Source of the DNA: Antechinus flavipes | Taxonomy: Eukaryota | Assembly (NCBI RefSeq): GCF_016432865.1 | Contig: NC_067403.1 | Coordinates: 262,570,001 to 262,634,000 of the forward strand | Direction: 5' to 3' | Length of the DNA: 64,000 nt | Shown: positions 22,591-30,504 of the stretch, piece after piece | Layout of the letters: every line of letters begins with the position of its first letter | Numbering within the stretch: position 1 is the first letter of the stretch | Notes under the pieces: generated by a model | The model's input: the letters and a program-made list of their open reading frames with translations, nothing else | Database searches by the model: none | Told to the model about the DNA's origin: nothing | Program-made: the position numbers and the translations under genes

Positions 22591-23810
22591 GCTCCCTTGG
22601 CCTCCTGGGCTGCCCTGAGGAGCTGCATGGCTGGAGCTGGGGGCCCCAGGCTGCCCTTCCCCGGCCTCCGGCCAAACTGGAAATTCTTCTCTGGAAGGGG
22701 GATGGGGAAGGTCCTGGAGGGGCCCCACCTCAAGGCCCGGAAGTCCTGAACCCTTGGGAGCCGGGGAACTCCCTGGACTAGCAGGCCCTGCAGGGGTCCA
22801 AGGGGGCGGGTTCTGGGGTCCCTTCCAGGACCCGGACAAGGGAAAAGGGGGTGGGAAGACATTTCTGAACATCTTAGCTTCAAATCTGTGGGCCCTGAAG
22901 CCTGGGTCAATGTGGGGAGCAGCGGGTGGGGCTGTCTGGAAGGAGGGGTCCCCCTCTGTCTCCCAGTGGCTGAGGTTCTTGGGGGTCCCAGACTTCTCAG
23001 GTAGAGAGGATTTTCTCTTCCCTCCCCAGCTCCAGCTCCAGCCCCAGGCCCGATGCCCGCGTCTCCCTGCCCGATGCCCATTTCTGCCCGGCCCCAGTGG
23101 GTGATCCACACTGAGCCGCTTCTCCCACGCCTCCCTCCCCCTGCCCTCGGAGCCCGGCAGCGGCTCCTGCCCAGGGGCCCTAGTTTGTGGAGCGGGACGG
23201 TTTTCTCGCACTGGACGCGGGGGCGCAGGCGTGTGGGTGGGTGGGCACTGCCGGGCCCCAGGCACCTCCGGCCCTCCCGTTTTCTTCCTCTGGCTCTGGG
23301 GGTGACCGCCCTGTGACACAGGCTGGGCCGGGGGAGGGGGAGACGGATGGCCGTGCGGGCAGACATGGCGGCGGAGGCGGGCGGGAGGCCGGGGGGATGA
23401 TCTACGGCTGTGCCTGCGGCCTGGCCGGGAGACACCCTGCTGGCTGGGGGGGGGGAGGCAGGAGATATGTGGTCACCTGGGGGGCTGCACAGCTGGGGCT
23501 GGGGGAGGGGGGGGTCTTGGCAGCCAAGGCCCTGCCCCGGGCCCCAGGAGAGTGGGGAGCTCTGGCTGGGCTGCCACGTCCCAGCCCGGTGGGTGGGCCG
23601 AGTGGGCTGCAGGACAAGGAAGCAGTCTTCTCGGGAGACCCCCCCCATCCAGCCGGCACAGACCGGACCCTTGTCTGTCCATCTGCCAATCACTGGCCCG
23701 ACCCGAACCCCCAGCAGCCTCTGCTCCTGGGGACGGCCGGCCCCCTGCCCTGCACTCAGCTAGCCTGGGGACCGGGGACGCCCTGGGACGGTCCCTGGGA
23801 CAGAACAGAC

Positions 23811-24110
23811 TCCATTTGTCCTTTTGTCTGTTCCTGGGAGACACTGTCCCATTTGTCGTTTGTTCCTGGGAGAGACTGGACCCCATTTGTCAGTTTGTCT
23901 GTTCCTAGGAGACACGGGCCCCTTTGTCAGTTTGTCCGTCTGTTCCCGGGAGACACGGGCCCCTTTGTCAGTTTGTCCGTCTGTTCCCGGGACACACGGC
24001 CCCCTTGGTCGGTTTGTCCGTCTGTCCCGGGAGACACGGGCCCCTTTGTCAGTTTGTCCGTCTGTTCCCGGCCCCTTTGTCAGTTGGTCTGTTCCTCATT
24101 TGTCCGTCTC
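23811..24110. repeat. About 41-bp tandem repeat (gtttgtccgtctgttcccgggagacacgggcccctttgtca)
   Basis: Direct reading, about 7 degenerate copies. Confidence 0.8.
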
Positions 24111-24594
24111 TGGGACAGCCCGGATCCCCTTTGTTTATCTGACTGTTCCTGACGCAGACTGGAGCTCCCTCTGTCTGTCCATCTGCCTACTTCCTTCTGT
24201 CCAGTTTCCTGCTTCTGCCCTCAACTGCACGTCTTTCTCTGGCCATTCAGCCAGGCCCGGAGAGACACTGAGTCCGCCCGTCCAGCTCTCTGGATTCCGT
24301 TTGTCCGTCAACCATCTGTGCCCGGGACTATCCCCTTTGTCCATGTGTCCCCGAGAAGCCCCCGGGCTGATCAGGTTGTCTCTTTGTCCGCCCAGTTGGA
24401 CTCGGTGAGAGACCGGCCCAGTCTGTCCGTGTGTCTGCTCCCGGGACCGGCTGGATTCCATTTGCTGCTCCAGCTCTCTGCCCCTGGAAGGGTCCATTTG
24501 TCCATCGGTCCGTCTGTCCCTGGGAAGCTGAAGCCTATTTTTCTGTCTGCTCCTGGTCATGAGCATCTGTCTGTGAGCAAAGCTCTGGAGCCGG

Positions 24595-24815
24595 ATCTGT
24601 CTGTCTGTCCCCACCAGCCCGTGACCCCGGCCATCTGCCTGTTCCCGGCCCCCCCAACCCTGCGCCCTGGCCATCTGTCTGTCCGTCCCACGCCCCCGGC
24701 TGTCCCTCTGTCCATCCTCTCCAGCCCGTGCCCCCGGCCATCCATCTGTCCGTCCCACGCCCCCGGCCATCCCTCTGTCCGTCTCCACCAGCCCGTGCCC
24801 CCGGCCGTCCCTCTG
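24595..24815. repeat. Degenerate 30-35-bp tandem repeat (ccccggccatccatctgtccgtccca)
   Basis: Direct reading. Confidence 0.6.
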
Positions 24816-24889
24816 CCCGTTCCCAGCCCCCTCCCCCTGGCTCGGGGACAGCCCGTACCCCATCCATCTCGCCGCGTCCCGGAGGCACA

Positions 24890-25292
24890 TTCCTGGGCTT
24901 GGGCGCGAGCCAAAGCAAACCCCCGGTGGCCGCCTCTGCGGAAGCCCCCGCGGCGGGTGGGGGGCCCGCGGTGCAGGGATGGGCAGGGGCAGGAAGGGGC
25001 GGCGAGCCCTGCGCTCAAAGCCACCTTTTCATAAGCGGTGATTAGGCACCGGGCCCGGCTCCGTCCCGGCCCGGCCCCGAGCCCGTCTGTCCGGCCCCGA
25101 CCGCAGCGGGCGGGCCCGGCGCCCACCGCGACTCCCAGACTGCAGGCTCGGCGTGCCTGGGGAGGGACGGGACTGCCCCCCCCCCCCGGCCGCCCCACCC
25201 CCACCTGCTTCCTGGAAGCCGGCGTGGGAGGGGCACCTTTCGGCTCCTGCAGTTGGCGGTAGGAGGGAGCCCCCGCCTGTGGCCTGGTGAGT
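24890..25292 (+). promoter_or_regulatory. Candidate CpG-rich promoter and 5'UTR exon of the cN-I-like gene (donor CTG|gtgagt at 25287)
   Basis: CpG-rich with GC boxes, TATA-like TTCATAAG near 25028 and a strong donor. The next exon has an acceptor at 26184 upstream of its ATG. Inferred only. Confidence 0.35.
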
Positions 25293-26210
25293 CCCGGCCG
25301 GGGCCCCCAGAGGGTCTTTTCCCTCCAATCCAGCCCCCGGGGGGCCCCTCCCCAACTAACCCTGTGGCCCCGAGCCCCCCCCCCAAGAGCAGCTTTACTC
25401 CCCACGTCACCTCAGCCAGGGCCGTGGGTGGTGGGCGGGAAAAGGGGCCCCGAGCCCGGGGGCGGGTGGGGGCTGAGGGAGGGGGGCGGGGGAACCTCTG
25501 CGTCCTGCTGGGCCTGGCTCCCAGGGCCGGAAAGGGGAGGCTGGGGGTGCACTTTCACTTTAGGGCGGGCGGGAGAAGCTGAGGCTAAGTTCTGGGTCTG
25601 CCGCTTCCCTGGGGAGGGGGCCTCTCTCTCTGGGCCCTCTCCCCCCGGGGCCAGAACAAGGGGTCTCTGAGGTGAAGCCCCGAGCCCGCCCCCCTCCCCC
25701 CCGCAGCACCCGCCCCTCCCCCTGCAGAACCGGCCCCGCCCGGCCCCTTCCGGGTTTGCTAAGTGTCTGACACTCCAGGCTGAGGGACTGGTCCCAGACC
25801 CACTTTACACGTGAGGGAAACTGAGGCAGCCTTTTACTAGCTCGCTCAGGGGTCCCGCGGCCGCTCAGCGTGGGAGGGAGAGCGGGGCTCGCGGGCTCCA
25901 AGGCCAAAGTTAGTGCGGCTGCTCGGGCGGGGCCACAGCCTCCCGTCCCCAGCCCTCGGGGACTCCGGCCTCCCCCGGCTCCCATCCTGGGCCTCCCCTC
26001 CCGGCCGGGCCCCCCCCCCCGAAGCCCCGCCGGGGTCTGCCCAGCCCGGGAGTGTGTCTGGGAGGCCGTGTGGGCACGAGTGAGTGAGTGAGGGAGAGCC
26101 CAGGACTGACTTGGGCTCTCTCTGTTGAGTCCTCCCCAGAAAGGAGCGTCCCGGCATCCCCTCAGGGCCCCTCTGTGCCCCCAGACTCCTCTTCTCCCTC
26201 CCTCGGGGCC

Positions 26211-26255
26211 ATGGCAGCTCCGGAGGCCGTGATCCTCAACCCTGACGTGGCCCAG
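26211..26255 (+). CDS. cN-I (NT5C1)-like gene, coding exon 1 (MAAPEAVILNPDVAQ)
   Basis: gccATGG Kozak and CAG|gtgagt donor. Phase 0 matches exon 2. No homology support for this short exon. Confidence 0.65.
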
Positions 26256-26579
26256 GTGAGTGGGGGCGCTCCCCCCCCCCAGATCACCCGGGCCCTCGGA
26301 GGAAGACGAGGTGCTGCTGGAGGCCCGGAGAGGGGCAGGAGGGAGGGCGGAGCCCCCGGGCCCTTCCCCAATGAGGGGCTTAATACGTAAAACAGTCCTT
26401 GGGGGCCAAGGGAATCCGCCCCATTCGGACAAGGCGTTTCCCGGGTGGAGAGGCTGTTTCAGCCCCAGCCAGGCAGAGGGGAGGGCTGGGCAGTCAGGCA
26501 GCATCGCCCAGCGGCTCCGGGTCCGAGCCATGGTCCGGGGCCACGAAAGGGCCAGAGGGAGGAGACTGTCCTGAGGCAG

Positions 26580-26805
26580 CCCTGACCTTGGGGCTCTTAA
26601 CCTGAAGGGGAGACGGGCCCTGACCTCGAGGTTCTTAGTCTGAAGAGGAGATGGGCCCTGACCTCGAGGCTCTTAGTCTGAAGGGGAGATGGGCCCTGAC
26701 CTCGGGGCTCTTAGTCTGAAGGGGAGATGGGCCCTGATCTTGGGGCTCTTAGTCTGAAGGGGAGATGGGCCCTGACCTCGGGGCTCTTAGTCTGAAGGGG
26801 AGCCG
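26580..26805. repeat. 38-bp tandem repeat, 6 copies (ccctgacctcggggctcttagtctgaaggggagatggg)
   Basis: Direct reading. Confidence 0.92.
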
Positions 26806-26921
26806 GGGCCTCAGTCTGCCAGGACCCCCATAGCCTTGCGGGGCGCCCGGGAGGCGGGGGGGGAGCAGGGCTCTCGGGAAGCCTGGGCCGAGCCGGGTGC
26901 GCCGCCTCTGGGCCCCTGCAG

Positions 26922-27089
26922 AAGGACCCTCGGGAAGCGCTGGTCGTGGCGGTCACTGCCAGAGCCACCTTCGACCTGGAGGCGGAGCACCAGCTGTTCC
27001 TGGCCCAGGGCCCGGAGGAGTACACCAAGTACCAGAGGGAGCACGCCACGGAGCCGCTGCCCCCGGGCACAGCCTTCCCCTTCATCCAG
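26922..27089 (+). CDS. cN-I-like exon 2 (KDPREALVVAVTARATFDL...EPLPPGTAFPFIQ)
   Basis: 168 nt, the same length and phase as NT5C1A exon 2 as I recall it. Homologous to NAVTIAVSSRALF...PGPAFPFVK. Confidence 0.9.
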
Positions 27090-27380
27090 GTGCTGGCGGG
27101 GCTGGGGGGGGAGGAGCCCGGGCCGGCCCTCGGCTCTGGCAGGACATGGAGCGCCGGGAAAGCCCCCCTCCCTGCCCCCTCCCTGCCCCTCTCTTCCCAT
27201 CACCCTCACAGCAGGGGGCCTCTGGCGCCCCCCCGCCCCCTCCTCTGGCAGGCCCTGGGCTGGCCTTTCCTGCCCCAGCTCCCCCAGCCCCCCAGGGAGG
27301 ATGGAGAGGCCTGTGGGCCTGGGGAGGCCGAGGAGCTGGCGGGCCCGGCCCAGAGCTCACCCCGCTCTCGCCGGCACTAG

Positions 27381-27510
27381 GCGGTGCAGCTGGTCAATCA
27401 GAGGCTGCTGGAGCGGGACCCGCAGGAGCGAGGTCTCCTGGACGTCATGGTCCTCTCCAACAACAGCCCGGAGGCCGGCAGGAGGATCGTCCACTGCGCC
27501 AGGCAGGCGG
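27381..27510 (+). CDS. cN-I-like exon 3 (AVQLVNQRLL...DVMVLSNNSPEAGRRIVHCARQA)
   Basis: 130 nt, tag acceptor and gtgaga donor. Homologous to AVNRRL...DIVLMTNNHAQVG. Confidence 0.88.
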
Positions 27511-28115
27511 GTGAGAGGAAAGCCCGGGGGAGGCCAATGGGGAGGATCCCGGGGGGGGCTGATGGGGAGGACCCCCCTCCACCTAACACAGCCCCCAAGG
27601 CCTTGCACCCGGCCCTTCCCCAGAGCTCCGGGCCCAGGCAGATCCCAGGAGGCTTCAGCCAGCCTTGGTCCTGCCTCCCTGCGGCCTTCAGCCCAGACCC
27701 GGCCTCCCTCGGGGACCAAGCCTCTGCCCCTGGAATGAAGGGGGCCGGGCCCCAGCCAGGGCAGGGCTCCGGAGAGCGGGGGGCCGGGGACCCCGAGCCA
27801 GAGCTTCGGCCCCAGACTCCCGGCCCGCTGGCTCAGGGGAATGGGGGGGCGGGGGGGCACAGAGGCAGGAAGCCTCGCTCAGGCTCCGCTCAGGGCTTTG
27901 GTCCAGGTTGCCAGAAACTGGCCGGACTATCACGCCTTCCCTTTACAGAGGAGGAAACTGAGTCCTAGAGAGGCGGGGCTTGCCCAGGAGCACTTGCCCC
28001 GGCAGTTCCCTTTGACCTCCTGCTCCGGGCCGGCCCTGACAGAGCCGGGGCATGTGGGGGGCGCTCCCTGCCTGGGGGAGGGGGGAGCCCTCCAAAATGG
28101 CCGCCTTCCTCCCAG

Positions 28116-28238
28116 GCCTGGAGATCTCCAAGTTCTGCTTCGTCAGCGCCGAGGACTCCACCCAGTACCTCCGGGAGCACAACGTGGGGCTCTTTCTGTC
28201 CGCAGACAGGACCGACGTCTGCAACGCCCTGAAGAGGG
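28116..28238 (+). CDS. cN-I-like exon 4 (GLEISKFCF...YLREHNVGLFLSAD...ALKR)
   Basis: 123 nt with AG/GT boundaries. Homologous to IERFCM...YLKAYHTNLYLSAD. Confidence 0.9.
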
Positions 28239-28871
28239 GTGAGCCCTTCCCCGCGCCGGACCCCCCCGCCCAGGTCTGCCCGCTCCCGGAGGCTCCTGGG
28301 CCGGCCTCCCCTCCGCTGCCTTCCTTCCTGTGACAGGAAACTGCTGTGGGCCCCGGGGGAGGGAGGAGGGGGCACAGACCGAGGGGCCCCAAGGCTGGAC
28401 TTCAATGGGAGTCTTGGTCTCCAAATCCGGGGCTTTTTCCCACACCTCATGGCAACAAGCATTTATTAAGCACCTCCTGTGTGCCGGGGGACCGAGGGGA
28501 CTGCCGTGTGATGGGGGAGGAAGAGGGGTGCCCCAAAGCTGGCTGTGGCCGAAGGGGCCCTGGAGGATCCCAGAGACTCGGGAGAACGGCCGGAGGGGGG
28601 GGGCTGCGACAGGAAGCCTCTCCCTCTGCTCCCTGGGGCCGGCCCTGGGGTCTCCCAGTGGGTGCTCTGGCTTTTCTAGGGCTTTGGGGGGTGGTACAGA
28701 GGAGGCAAATCTCGGCCGTCCCGGAGGATCTGCAACCGGGGAACCCCCAGCTCCGAGAAAGGGGGGATCTGGCTGGGGCGAGGGCTGTGGGGGACCAGGG
28801 CTTGCGCAGTCCTCGGACCAAGTCCTTGGGCCCGGCCTCCATGGGCCGCCCCGCTTGTGCGCTGCCCGACA

Positions 28872-28963
28872 GCGCCATCTTGTGGCTGCTGGGGTCCGTG
28901 CAGCCGGCGGTGCCAGGCACCGGATGCTGAGTGAGGAGGGGAGGCAGAGCCGCCAGGGGGCGC
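28872..28963. promoter_or_regulatory. Divergent CTCF motif pair: CCACAAGATGGCGC (-, 28872-28885) and CCGCCAGGGGGCGC (+, 28950-28963)
   Basis: Near-consensus CTCF core motifs read directly from the sequence. Binding is not shown. Confidence 0.6.
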
Positions 28964-29142
28964 CACGGGGCGCAGAGAGCCAGCCTTAGCCTCGGGAGTT
29001 CGCACTCCAGCTCCGACCCCCTGACAGTCTCTTTGCCTGCTGGCCTCAGTTTCCTCATCCGTCAGATGGCATCCTCTCCGCGCCGAGACTGTGGCGAAGG
29101 CCAGGGAGCCGGCGGATGTGAGGCGCTGGGCCAGCCCGCGGC

Positions 29143-29650
29143 TCCCCAGCCCCGAGCCTCCCCAGCCCCCGGCCTCCTCAGCCTCCGGCCTCCCCAGCCC
29201 CCGGCCTCCTCACGCCCGCGGCCTCCCCAGCCCCCCAGCCCCCGGCCTCCCCAGCCCCCCAGCCCCCGGCCTCCTCACGCCCGCGGCCCTCTCAGCCCCC
29301 GGCCTCCTCATGCTCGCGGCCTCCCCAGCCTCTGGCCTCCCCAGCCCCCGGCCTCCTCATGCTCGCGGCCTCCCCAGCCTCTGGCCTCCCCAGCCCCCGG
29401 CCTCCTCACGCCCGCGGCCTCCTCAGCCTCCGGCCTCCCCAGCCCCCGGCCTCCCCAGCCTCCGGCCTCCCCAGCCCGCGGCCTCCTCAGCCTCCGGCCT
29501 CCCCAGCCCCCGGCCTCCCCAGCCTCCGGCCTCCCCAGCCCGCGGCCTCCTCAGCCTCCGGCCTCCCCAGCCCCCGGCCTCCCCAGCCCCCGGCCTCCTC
29601 ACGCCCGCGGCCTCCCCAGCCTCTGGCCTCCCCAGCCCGCGGCCTCCTCA
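29143..29650. repeat. 16-bp C-rich CpG minisatellite, about 32 copies (ggcctccccagccccc variants), abutting the exon 5 acceptor
   Basis: Direct reading. Confidence 0.93.
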
Positions 29651-29674
29651 CACCCACAACCTCTGTGTCCCCAG

Positions 29675-29853
29675 GGGTCCCCGCCGCCCTCCTTTTCCAG
29701 CAGGAGGTCCAGGCGCCCAGCACCCAGCTGCGCTTGGCCTTCGACGGGGACGCCGTGCTCTTCTCGGACGAGACGGACCGGGTCTTCCGGGAGCGGGGGC
29801 TACAGGGGGCCGCGGAGTATGAGAAGGCCCTGGAGGCCGTGCCCATCGGAGAC
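29675..29853 (+). CDS. cN-I-like exon 5 with HAD motif I (QLRLAFDGDAVLFSDETD)
   Basis: 179 nt, ccccag acceptor and gtaggt donor. The catalytic DxD is intact. Confidence 0.93.
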
Positions 29854-29955
29854 GTAGGTGGCGGCCCCGCCCGGGCCGAAGCTCCGCGCCCCCTGGGAGG
29901 GGGGAGGGTCCGGAGGACCCCGAGGCCACGCCCTCATCCCTGTCTCCGCCTCCAG

Positions 29956-30258
29956 GGGCCGCTGAAAGCCTTCGCCCTGCGGCTGGGGCGGCTGCGCGAC
30001 AAGTTCGGGCCCGAGGACTCCCCGGTGCGCACCTACCTGGTCACGGCGCGCAGCCGCGGGGACATGAGCGTGCGCGCGCTGAACACCCTGCGGGCCTGGG
30101 GGCTGCGGCTCGACGAGGTCTTCTTCATGGACGGCGCCCCCAAGGGACCCACGCTGGCCCGCGTCCGCCCCCACATCTTCTTTGATGACTCCATGTCCAA
30201 CATCCGGGGGGCTCAGGACGCCGGCGTCCCCTCCGCCCTGGTGCCCTGTGACTGCTGA
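29956..30258 (+). CDS. cN-I-like exon 6 (RTYLVTARS...GAPKGP...RPHIFFDD...VPCDC*)
   Basis: 303 nt with HAD motifs II-IV intact. Full CDS is 948 nt = 315 aa with no stops or frameshifts. Confidence 0.93.
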   Translation, partial: GPLKAFALRLGRLRDKFGPEDSPVRTYLVTARSRGDMSVRALNTLRAWGLRLDEVFFMDGAPKGPTLARVRPHIFFDDSMSNIRGAQDAGVPSALVPCDC

Positions 30259-30504
30259 GGGAGATGCCCCCCAGCCCCCTCCCCTCCCCCTGAACTCCTT
30301 CCCCTCCCCCTCTCTCCTTCCCCCTCCCCCCCTCCCTACGTCCTCCCTCCTGCTGTGTCTCTCAGCGCCCTCAGTCATGCCGTCCATCCCCCTGTCTCCG
30401 GGCAGGGAGCCTTTCCTTTGAAAGCCCAGGAGAGAGGATCCAGGGCCACCCAGCCCCCCAGCCCCGAGCAGTGAAACCCCCAGAACATACCCTGGCCGAG
30501 CAAG

